This document shows, in pieces, positions 17,355-25,999 of a stretch of 55,564 nucleotides of DNA. A model generated the notes under the pieces. It was not told the DNA's origin. It did no database searches and worked only from the letters and a program-made list of their open reading frames with translations. The stretch comes from Armatimonadota bacterium (GTDB lineage Bacteria > Armatimonadota > Hebobacteria > CAIYQO01). The translations under genes were made by a program, and so were the position numbers. The stretch covers positions 1 to 55,564 of the forward strand of contig JBBQQW010000001.1 in NCBI GenBank assembly GCA_038215455.1. Direction: 5' to 3'. Positions within the stretch are counted from its first letter, which is position 1, and every line of letters starts with the position of its first letter.

Positions 17355-19571
17355 ATGGCAAACGAAACTTCACAACTACAGGTAGCCCTCGAACTGGGCA
17401 TGAATGAGCAGGAATACAACAACGTGCTCGGTATCCTCGGGCGCGAGCCGTCGGGCACCGAGCTGGCCATGTATTCCGTGGAATGGTCCGAGCACTGCGG
17501 CTATCCCCGCAGTCGCACCCTCCTTAAGCTCTTCCCCAAAACGGGCAAATACCCCACGCGCGCCGAAGGCGAGGACGCGGGCGGCATAGAAATAGATGAG
17601 AACTGCTACGTGATCTTCAAAATGGAGAGTCACAACCACCCCTCGCAGGTGGAGCCACGCCAGGGCGCGGCCACCGGCATCGGCGGTATCCTGCGCGACA
17701 TCTTCACCATGGGTGCCCGCCCGGTGGCGTTGCTCGATTCTCTTCGCTTCGGTACCCTGGATAACGATAAGACCAAGTCGCTGCTGCATGGTGTGGTTGA
17801 TGGCATCCAATTTTATGGCAACTGTGTCGGCGTCCCTACCGTGGGCGGCGAGATTTACTTTCATCCCTCCTATCGCGACAACTGCCTGGTAAACGTCATG
17901 GCCGTCGGCGTCGCCGACTCGCGCTACATGGCTACCAGCAAGGCTAAAGGCCCGGGCAACCCCGTGATGGTGGTGGGCAATCGCACCGGCCGTGATGGCA
18001 TCGGCGGCTGTTCTATTCTCGCCAGCCACGAGTTCAGTGAAGACGATCAGAAGCGCCCCACCGTGCAGGTAGGCGATCCCTTTATCGAGAAGTGCCTCAT
18101 TGAAGCCTGCATGGAGCTACTCCAGGGCGATGCTATCGTCGGCATCAAGGACATGGGCGCGGCGGGCATCACCTGTACCACCGCCGAGATGGCCGAGAGC
18201 GGCGGCGTGGGCATGGATATTGACCTTATGCACGTCCCCATGCGCGAAGAAGGCATGGAGCCGTGGGAGATCATGATGTCCGAGTCCCAGGAGCGCATGC
18301 TGGTGGTGGCCAAACAGGGTCGCGAGGCAGAGGTTATTGACCTCTTCACCAAGTGGAATTTGAATGCCGCAGTGGTTGGACATGTCACCGAAGAGAAGAT
18401 CTTGCGCATCCGCTTCCATGGTGAGATCGTTGCCGAAGTGCCAACTGAATCCCTCGCCGCTGGCCCGGTATACTACCTTCCTGCCGAGGCTCCCGACTGG
18501 CTGGCCGCGCTCAACGCTACCGACCTCACCGGCCTGCCCTTGCCCGCAGACTACAACCAATCCTTGCTTAATCTCCTCTCTACGCCGAATATCGCCAGCA
18601 AGCGCTGGGCCTATCAGCAGTACGACCACATGGTGCAGACTAACACCGTCGTGCCGCCAGGCGTGGGCGATGCCGCCGTCATTCGCATCAAAGGTTCTGA
18701 GCGTGGGTTGGGGATGACCAGCGACTGCAACAGCCGCTACTGCTACCTCGACCCCTACATCGGCGCGCAGATTGCCGTCGCCGAGGCTGCCCGTAACCTG
18801 GTCTGCGTCGGCGCTGACCCCGCCGCCGTCACCGACTGCCTCAACTTCGGCAAGCCGGAGAAGCCCGATCGCTTCTGGCAGCTGAAACGGGGCGTTGAGG
18901 GCATTGCCGACGCCTGCCGCGCCTTCCAGGTGCCGGTGGTCAGTGGCAACGTCAGTCTCTACAACGAAGGCCCCGATGCCGCCATCTTCCCCACGCCCAC
19001 CATCGGTATGGTGGGAGTGCTGGAGAAGGTCGAGCAGTATGCGACCATGGCATTCAAGGCCGCTGGCCAACAGATCGCCCTCTTCGGCGTCACCAAAGCG
19101 GAGTTGGGTGGCAGCGAATACCTGGCTATCGAGCATAAAATGGAAGCCGGTATGCCGCCGGTACTCGATCTGCAAGCCGAGTTAGCCGTGCAGAACTGTG
19201 TACTCACCGCCATCAAGCGTGGCCTGCTCTCCAGCGCACATGACTGCAGCGAGGGCGGCATCGCCGTTACCATCGCCGAGTCCGCCATAGCTGGCAAGTT
19301 GGGCGCGGAAGTGAAACTTGACACGGTAGGCCGCGCCGATATGGACCTTTTCGCCGAGTCGCAGTCACGCATCGTCGTTTCCTGCACCGCTGACAAAGTG
19401 GAAGAGCTGCAGCAGCTGGCGGTCGAGTTCGGCGCGCCATTCTCCGTCATCGGCACCGTCGGCGGCGACCGCCTCGCTATCACCGTGGCGGGGACGCAGC
19501 TCATCGACCTGCCGCTGTCCCAGGTGATCACCGCGCATTCCGACCCGATCTACACCGCCATGGCGGACTGA
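17355..19571 (+). CDS. purL: phosphoribosylformylglycinamidine synthase subunit PurL (FGAM synthase II)
   Basis: LGMNEQEYNNVLGILGREP...WSEHCGY...ESHNHPS...GGILRDIFTMGARP. The track start is GTG 17304. I prefer ATG 17355 (MANETSQ), which matches usual PurL N-terminal length. Confidence 0.95.
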   Translation: MANETSQLQVALELGMNEQEYNNVLGILGREPSGTELAMYSVEWSEHCGYPRSRTLLKLFPKTGKYPTRAEGEDAGGIEIDENCYVIFKMESHNHPSQVEPRQGAATGIGGILRDIFTMGARPVALLDSLRFGTLDNDKTKSLLHGVVDGIQFYGNCVGVPTVGGEIYFHPSYRDNCLVNVMAVGVADSRYMATSKAKGPGNPVMVVGNRTGRDGIGGCSILASHEFSEDDQKRPTVQVGDPFIEKCLIEACMELLQGDAIVGIKDMGAAGITCTTAEMAESGGVGMDIDLMHVPMREEGMEPWEIMMSESQERMLVVAKQGREAEVIDLFTKWNLNAAVVGHVTEEKILRIRFHGEIVAEVPTESLAAGPVYYLPAEAPDWLAALNATDLTGLPLPADYNQSLLNLLSTPNIASKRWAYQQYDHMVQTNTVVPPGVGDAAVIRIKGSERGLGMTSDCNSRYCYLDPYIGAQIAVAEAARNLVCVGADPAAVTDCLNFGKPEKPDRFWQLKRGVEGIADACRAFQVPVVSGNVSLYNEGPDAAIFPTPTIGMVGVLEKVEQYATMAFKAAGQQIALFGVTKAELGGSEYLAIEHKMEAGMPPVLDLQAELAVQNCVLTAIKRGLLSSAHDCSEGGIAVTIAESAIAGKLGAEVKLDTVGRADMDLFAESQSRIVVSCTADKVEELQQLAVEFGAPFSVIGTVGGDRLAITVAGTQLIDLPLSQVITAHSDPIYTAMAD

Positions 19572-19621
19572 TGTAATTCCGGGGGCGGGCATCGCGCTCG
19601 CCCCCACGGGGTAAATCTACT

Positions 19622-20593
19622 ATGTCACACCTCCTGCGCCTCGGGCTATATGGGGCCAACGGCCACCAATACCCGCTCCAGCTCCCCGCCAATATCCGCG
19701 CCACTGTCGTCGCGGTCGCCGGGTTGCCCGCGGCAAAAACCGCCGGGCATGCAGTGACACTCTACCCCGATCTGGACGCCCTCCTTGCCGATCCCCGCGT
19801 GGAGCTGGTCTCCCTCTGCTCTCCTTGTCGCAGCACACAGGCGCGGGATGCAATACGGTGCCTGCAGGCGGGCAAGCATGTGCTGGCGGAGAAGCCCGCG
19901 GCATTCACTGAAGAGGAGCTGACGGAGATTCTGGCCACTGCACAGCAAACGAGCAAATCCTTTCGCGAGATGAACGACTCCATGCTCTTCCCGTCAATAC
20001 AGGGGATACGCCAACTGGTAGATGCTGGGGAATTGGGCACCATCGTCCACGTGCAGGCGCAGAAATCCTACCCCTGGCTGGGCACGCGCTCCCAGGACAT
20101 GGACACCGACGGCGGCCTCACGCGCTGGGTCGGCATCCATGCTATCCGCTTTATCATCGGCGCCACCGGGCTGCGTTTCACCCAGATCAGCGGAGTGGCC
20201 ACCAACCTGGGCAACACCGGGGTGGGGGATATTCAGCTCGCCGCTGCCTTCTCCGCGCGCCTGGACAACGGTGCCGTCGCCAGTATCAACCTGAACTACC
20301 TCAACCCCCCCGAGTTCGGCAGCTGGGGCAACGATCAAATCCGCGTCTACGGCACACTCGGTATGGCCGAATCAGTAGACGGCTTCACCCGCAACCGCTT
20401 CATCAAATCTGGCGTCGGGGACAGAGCACTCCCCTGCACCACCCTCTCTACCGACCATCTGGAGCACTACGTCAATTACCTGCTGGATGGCACCCCTATG
20501 CCCACCTCATTTGACGAGGAACTGGCCGCCCTCCGCACCACCTTCGCCGCCCACCAGGCGACCCAGAGCAACCAGCCAGTTGATATTCCCTGA
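19622..20593 (+). CDS. Gfo/Idh/MocA family NAD(P)-dependent oxidoreductase
   Basis: Rossmann-type N-terminus (LGLYGANGHQ) and the family motif HVLAEKPAAFTEEEL. Confidence 0.8.
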   Translation: MSHLLRLGLYGANGHQYPLQLPANIRATVVAVAGLPAAKTAGHAVTLYPDLDALLADPRVELVSLCSPCRSTQARDAIRCLQAGKHVLAEKPAAFTEEELTEILATAQQTSKSFREMNDSMLFPSIQGIRQLVDAGELGTIVHVQAQKSYPWLGTRSQDMDTDGGLTRWVGIHAIRFIIGATGLRFTQISGVATNLGNTGVGDIQLAAAFSARLDNGAVASINLNYLNPPEFGSWGNDQIRVYGTLGMAESVDGFTRNRFIKSGVGDRALPCTTLSTDHLEHYVNYLLDGTPMPTSFDEELAALRTTFAAHQATQSNQPVDIP

Positions 20594-20642
20594 TACCACG
20601 CTAACTTGCTAATTACTCTAAATCCATGTAAATTATCCCCAT

Positions 20643-21923
20643 ATGCATCAATATACCGCTCACATCACCACCACCCGCCTTTCCAATGGCGCGCTGGTGC
20701 TCTCCGAGACTATGCCGGGAGTGGAGTCAGTCTCCGTTGGCGTTTGGACCGACGCCGGCTCCGCCGAGGAAGCGACGCCAGCGGAGCACGGTCTCGCGCA
20801 CTTCCTTGAGCACATGCTTTTCAAAGGCACCACCACTCGCTCCGCCTTTCAACTGGCCGAGATGATCGAGAATGTCGGTGGCGAACTCAACGCCTATACT
20901 GAGCGCGACACCACCAATATCTACGCCCGCACACTGGCCGAGCACCTCCCCCTCGCGCTGGAGCTGATCGCCGACATGGTCTGTCACTCCGTTTTCCCTG
21001 CGGACGAGCTGGAACGTGAGCGCCAGGTCATCGTGGAAGAGATTCTCAAATACGAAGCCGTAGCGGAGGAGTCCATCCAGGACATCTTTATGGAGTCCCT
21101 CTGGCACGGCGGCGCTCTGGGGCATCCTATCCTTGGAGACACCGCCAGTGTGCGCGCGATTACCCGCGAGATGCTGCTGCAATGCCAACGCAAACACTTC
21201 GCCTCTTCCCGTGTCATTATCACCGCTGCCGGCAAAGTACAACACCAGGAGCTGGTCGCACTCGCCGAAAAGTACTTCGCTGACCTCCCCACTACACCGG
21301 TAACACTACCAGAGTACCCTCTCGGAATGCAACACAAGCTTGCCGTGGATGAGGACGATAGTGAGCAGATCAACTTCCTTTGGGGCGGGCGCTCCTACCC
21401 GGTCTGTGACGAACGCAACTTCGCACTGGCGATAGTTGATACCGTACTGGGCGGCAGCACCACCTCGCGCCTCTTTCAGGAGATCCGCGAAAAGCGCGGT
21501 CTCGCCTACGACATAAGCTCCTACACCGGCGGCTTCCGCGACACCGGCTTCCTCGCCGTCAGTGGTGCCTGCAGCCCAGACACCTTCCCCCAGGTGATAC
21601 GGCTGGTGCGCGACGAGCTGGAGTCAATCCGCCAGCACGGCCTGACGTCAGTAGAGTTCATGCGTGCCAAGGAGCAGATCAAGGTGGGCCTGGCGCTCTC
21701 GTTGGAGACCACCGCCGAACATATGCGCCGCATGGCGCAGCATCAGCTTACCTGGGGTTACGTGCGCCCCCTGCAGGAGATCATCACTCGCCTCAGCGAA
21801 GTCACCGAAGCCGAAGTCCGCCTGGTGCTGGACGAGCTGCTCGACCTCTCCTGTTGGACTTTCGCCGCCACCGGCCCCATCTCCGAGACGCAGGTTATGG
21901 CGCTGCTGCAGGAGTGCAAGTGA
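20643..21923 (+). CDS. M16 family zinc peptidase (insulinase-like)
   Basis: Inverted zinc motif HFLEHMLFKGT (HxxEH), a downstream Glu (NAYTERDTT), and two M16 half-domains in 426 aa. Confidence 0.85.
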   Translation: MHQYTAHITTTRLSNGALVLSETMPGVESVSVGVWTDAGSAEEATPAEHGLAHFLEHMLFKGTTTRSAFQLAEMIENVGGELNAYTERDTTNIYARTLAEHLPLALELIADMVCHSVFPADELERERQVIVEEILKYEAVAEESIQDIFMESLWHGGALGHPILGDTASVRAITREMLLQCQRKHFASSRVIITAAGKVQHQELVALAEKYFADLPTTPVTLPEYPLGMQHKLAVDEDDSEQINFLWGGRSYPVCDERNFALAIVDTVLGGSTTSRLFQEIREKRGLAYDISSYTGGFRDTGFLAVSGACSPDTFPQVIRLVRDELESIRQHGLTSVEFMRAKEQIKVGLALSLETTAEHMRRMAQHQLTWGYVRPLQEIITRLSEVTEAEVRLVLDELLDLSCWTFAATGPISETQVMALLQECK

Positions 21924-22777
21924 GCAATTTGCGTGATACCCTCAGCCGCGTGATCACCAGTTTCCGCACGGCGGAGGTTGACACCCCGCGCCTGGACGCC
22001 GCGCTGCTCCTCGCCCATGTGCTCGGCAAAGACCGCGCCTGGCTCTGGGCACACCTGGATGACGCCATGCCAGTAGAGTTGCAGGGGCAGTTCAACGCTC
22101 TCGTCACCCGCCGTGCCCAGCGCGAGCCACTGGCATACCTGCTGGGCGAGTGGGAGTTCTACGCACGCCCTTTTTACGTAAACAAGCACGTCCTCGTCCC
22201 CCGTCCCGAGACAGAACTACTGGTAGAGGAAGCGCTGAAATGGCTGCGCCAGCACCCCACAGACGAGCCGCAATCAGTTATAGATGTCGGCACCGGCAGT
22301 GGTGACATTGCCGTAACGCTGGCCGCCGAAGCGCCATCACTGCAGCTCACGGCAATAGATATCTCACCCGATGCACTGGCGACCGCACAAAGAAATGCGG
22401 AACGGCATAATGTATCGGAGAGAATTACCTTTTTGCAGGGGGATTTGCTCGCCCCGGTGTCGTATAAAGTGTCAGCAATAATCGCCAATCTGCCCTATAT
22501 CTCGGAAGAAGAGTACGCGACGCTGATGCCCGAGGTGCGAGATTATGAGCCGGTGACGGCGTTACGGGCGGCAGATGACGGGCTGGCGCTGGTGCGGCGA
22601 TTAATTGATGATGCCCCTGCGCATCTGCTTCCGGGTGGGCTACTGGGATTAGAATTAGGCGAGGGACAAGCGAAAATAATCACGCAGGAATTATCACGGC
22701 AGCAGTGGAATACTATAGTAACCATCGCGGACTACGCGGGGATCGACCGGCATGTGCTGGCGGAAAGACCGGAGTAA
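21920..22777 (+). CDS. prmC: peptide chain release factor N5-glutamine methyltransferase PrmC/HemK
   Basis: EPLAYLLGEWEFY...F.V...VLVPRPETE; SAM motif VIDVGTGSGDIAV; catalytic tetrapeptide here reads NLPY. Start set at GTG 21920, overlapping the M16 stop (GTGA). The track start at 21854 lies inside the M16 gene. Confidence 0.85.
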   Translation: MSNLRDTLSRVITSFRTAEVDTPRLDAALLLAHVLGKDRAWLWAHLDDAMPVELQGQFNALVTRRAQREPLAYLLGEWEFYARPFYVNKHVLVPRPETELLVEEALKWLRQHPTDEPQSVIDVGTGSGDIAVTLAAEAPSLQLTAIDISPDALATAQRNAERHNVSERITFLQGDLLAPVSYKVSAIIANLPYISEEEYATLMPEVRDYEPVTALRAADDGLALVRRLIDDAPAHLLPGGLLGLELGEGQAKIITQELSRQQWNTIVTIADYAGIDRHVLAERPE

Positions 22778-22784
22778 CCTAATA

Positions 22785-23894
22785 ATGCGTACAATTCTCT
22801 ATGTAAGTGCCTCAGGGGCGATAAGTGGTGCAGAGCGGAGCCTGCTGACAATGCTGGATGCCCTGGACCAGGCGGAGTACACCCCGGTGGTGGCGGCTCC
22901 TGCCGGTGATTTGCTCTCCGAGGTGCGCGAGCGTGGCATCCGTACCCTCTATGTTCCACTGGCACCGTTGATGCGCCCTCGCACATTACGTGCAGGCTTG
23001 GAGATAGTGCACACCGTGCGGGTAGCGCGCAATGCGATGGACGGGCTGCTGGCAGAGATCAAACCCGATATTGTCCACGCCAACACTACCTCGGCAATTG
23101 CCTACACCACGCGTGCGAGGTGCCCGGTAATTTGGCAGGTACGTGATCTCTCGCCGATAGGCCAGTACGGGCGTCTGCTCTACCAGCGTGCCACCCGCGT
23201 GGCCGTCATCTCCTCGGCAGTTCGGGAAGACGTGATGGGCTATGCTTTCGATGATGGCGAGAAAATTCGGCTACTGCCGCCAGCAGTAGATACCAGCAAG
23301 TTTTTCCCCCGTGATGACACCACAGAAATACGCGCCAAATATGGTTTGCCGATAGATGTCCCACTCATTGGCCTGGTGGCACAGTTTGTCCCCTGGAAGC
23401 GCCACGACCTGTTTCTCGACGCCCTGGAGCAAATGCAGGATGAAAAATGGCATGCCGTGCTCTGCGGCGCAGACTTCGGCCATCGGCCGGATTATGTGAA
23501 TCACCTGCAGGCAAGGATTGCAATATCACCCATCGCGAACAGGATCACCTGGCTACCGTGGCAGGTGGATTCTGCACCACTATTGTCAGCATTAGACGTG
23601 TTGGCACTTACGTCGAAGCGTGAACCATTTGGCCGGGCGCTGCTGGAGGCGATGTCCTGTGGTACGGCAGTGGTGGCCGTCGATGAAGGCGGCGTGCGCG
23701 ACTTTATCACCCCAGGAAAGACCGGGATACTCGTTTCCGCTGAAGTAGACGAATTGGTAGGCGCTTTCAAGGATTTGCTGGCCCATGCTAATAAACGTAG
23801 CGAGTTGGGAACTGCTGCACGCGCGTCAGTTACCGCTAATTTTAATCTGGCTAACCAGCGTGTATTGCTTAACGATCTCTATCGTGAACTGTAA
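22785..23894 (+). CDS. glycosyltransferase family 4 (GT-B fold)
   Basis: MRTILYVSASGAISGAERSLL opening and the C-terminal EPFGRALLEAMSCGTAVVAVDEGGVRDFI (E-x7-E type motif). ATG 22785 chosen over the track start at 22752. Confidence 0.8.
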   Translation: MRTILYVSASGAISGAERSLLTMLDALDQAEYTPVVAAPAGDLLSEVRERGIRTLYVPLAPLMRPRTLRAGLEIVHTVRVARNAMDGLLAEIKPDIVHANTTSAIAYTTRARCPVIWQVRDLSPIGQYGRLLYQRATRVAVISSAVREDVMGYAFDDGEKIRLLPPAVDTSKFFPRDDTTEIRAKYGLPIDVPLIGLVAQFVPWKRHDLFLDALEQMQDEKWHAVLCGADFGHRPDYVNHLQARIAISPIANRITWLPWQVDSAPLLSALDVLALTSKREPFGRALLEAMSCGTAVVAVDEGGVRDFITPGKTGILVSAEVDELVGAFKDLLAHANKRSELGTAARASVTANFNLANQRVLLNDLYREL

Positions 23895-23922
23895 ATTTGT
23901 CCGAGAGGAAGCTGAATTGTAT

Positions 23923-25914
23923 ATGAATAAGAATATTGATGAACGCCTGCTCATTGGTGCCAGCTGGTATCCGGAGATGTGGCCGGAAGTGGAATGGTCA
24001 CAAGATATAGCGCGGATGAAAGAACTGGGGTTCAATATTGTCCGCCTTTTCGAATTTGCCTGGCATCGTTTTGAACCGGTGCAAGGTGAGTATAATTTCA
24101 CCTGGGCGGTGCATATCCTTGATCTTTGCCATGCGGCGAACATCGCCGTGATGGTGGGGACGCCCACTGCGGCACCTCCGGCGTGGCTCACCGAGAAATA
24201 TCCTGAGGTGCTGCAGACCCATGCGGACGGTAAACGTGCTACCCATGGTAGGCGCAAGCATTACTCGGTCTATAGCACCGTCTACCGGGAGAAGTGCGCG
24301 GATATCGTACGTGCGATGGTGAAAGCATTCGGTAATCACCCGGCGATACATTCCTGGCAGATAGATAACGAGATGGGTGGGGCGGATTACGGCATTGAGG
24401 CACAGCGCGGCTTCCATACCTGGCTAGCAAGGAAATATGGCACGATAGAGAACCTTAATGGTGCATGGGGGCTGGAGTTCTGGAGTCAGGCGTACTCCGA
24501 TTTTCGCCAAATTCCCATGCCTATAGCGAGTGTAGGTTCCACCGAGATACCGGAGCGGCACCACCCTTCACTTATCATGGCTATATCTCGTTACAACAAT
24601 GACGCCTGGACGGATTTTATCCGCAACCAGTGCCATATCATTCGTGAATCATCAGAGAAACCGATTACCAGCAACATGACTCCCGGCTTCGGGATGAACT
24701 GGTACCAGCATAATGATGCTCTGGACAGGGTGGGGCATAGCCTGTACCGCGACGTCAATCATTACCACTGGAACACCATGTACTTTGATCGGATGCGCGC
24801 GGAGAAACCAGCACCTTATTGGCTGCTGGAGACGGCACCCTCGTGGTCAGCCGGTGGGAAGATCTGGAACATCCATCACGATGCCCGGGGCATCCACGCA
24901 TTCACCTGGCTGGCGACACTACTCGGGGGCAGTATGACGGTATACTGGCAGTGGCGCGAGCACTGGGCCGGGCAGGAGATGCAGCACGGCACACTGGTGA
25001 CGGCTACAGGCAAGTGGCGGCCCAATAAAGATATCATGACAAAGCTGGCAAGTGAGTACGAGGCGCACGGCGAGTGGCTGCTGGCACACCCGCCACTCCC
25101 CGCGCAGGTGGCGTTGCTGCAGAGTAACGAGGCCGCCTGGGCATTCAGCATTGACCCGATTGATGATGATATGCGTTATGACACCCGCTGGCGCGATGAT
25201 TATCACATCCCACTGGTGCAGCACCATATCTGGCGTGATGTCATTAATGAAGAGCATGACTTCAGCCAGTACAAAGTGCTGATCATTCCCCTGATGCCAA
25301 TATTGAAGAAGTCGACGCGTGCCCGCTTGCGCCAATGGGTGGCTGAGGGTGGGCGCTTGCTGTTGGGGCCTTTGACGGGATACCGCACCGAGGAATTCAC
25401 CGCCTTCACCCGGCATGAATTCGGCGGGCTGGAGGAGCTGATCGGCGCGATTAGTGCGTTGCGCTTCCCGGCACACTGGCAGGAAGACATCATCACGGTG
25501 GGATTAACTGACGGTACCAGCACACGTACCCGAGCCTGGTGTGAAGCTTATGAACCAGTAGAAGGTAGCGCAATTGCGTATTACCATGGTGGCTATGGCG
25601 AGGGTTTGCCGGCGATAATGGAGAACAATTACGGCAAAGGAAAAGTCATCACTCTAGGCTGCATGGTAGATGAAACAACCTACATCTCGCTGGTAAAGCG
25701 TTTGTTGGCTGAGGTCAGTATTTCATCAATCGCGGAAGGCTCCAGTGATGTAGTCGTGGTTCCGCGCGAAGAGGGATATGGAATTGTGAACCTGGTGGAA
25801 GAAGAGCGTACGGTGACATTACCCTGCGAAGGTATCAATTTATTTTCCGGGAAGGTTGTCGGCCCTGAAGTGTCCCTGGAGCCGTTGGAAACTATGCTGA
25901 TAAAAATTGCATGA
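23923..25914 (+). CDS. GH42 family beta-galactosidase
   Basis: IGASWYPEMWPEVEWSQDIARMKELGFNIVRLFEFAWHRFEPVQGEYNF is the GH42 opening; WQIDNE carries the catalytic acid/base. The trimerisation and C-terminal domain lengths are consistent. ATG 23923 chosen; the track extension to 23785 overlaps the GT4 gene. Confidence 0.85.
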   Translation: MNKNIDERLLIGASWYPEMWPEVEWSQDIARMKELGFNIVRLFEFAWHRFEPVQGEYNFTWAVHILDLCHAANIAVMVGTPTAAPPAWLTEKYPEVLQTHADGKRATHGRRKHYSVYSTVYREKCADIVRAMVKAFGNHPAIHSWQIDNEMGGADYGIEAQRGFHTWLARKYGTIENLNGAWGLEFWSQAYSDFRQIPMPIASVGSTEIPERHHPSLIMAISRYNNDAWTDFIRNQCHIIRESSEKPITSNMTPGFGMNWYQHNDALDRVGHSLYRDVNHYHWNTMYFDRMRAEKPAPYWLLETAPSWSAGGKIWNIHHDARGIHAFTWLATLLGGSMTVYWQWREHWAGQEMQHGTLVTATGKWRPNKDIMTKLASEYEAHGEWLLAHPPLPAQVALLQSNEAAWAFSIDPIDDDMRYDTRWRDDYHIPLVQHHIWRDVINEEHDFSQYKVLIIPLMPILKKSTRARLRQWVAEGGRLLLGPLTGYRTEEFTAFTRHEFGGLEELIGAISALRFPAHWQEDIITVGLTDGTSTRTRAWCEAYEPVEGSAIAYYHGGYGEGLPAIMENNYGKGKVITLGCMVDETTYISLVKRLLAEVSISSIAEGSSDVVVVPREEGYGIVNLVEEERTVTLPCEGINLFSGKVVGPEVSLEPLETMLIKIA

Positions 25915-25999
25915 TAATCCGTCAAATAGCGAATCGAATCGTCGGATGGCGTGTCATATCATATACGACGCAGGACTATTAACCTAAGGAGAATGAACT

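Noticed and set aside
17376-19175. Long antisense ORFs inside purL (17376-18029, 18117-19175, 18959-19531)
   Set aside because: The opposite strand encodes a full-length, motif-perfect PurL. The antisense products are Ala/Gly/Arg/His-rich with no recognisable domain.
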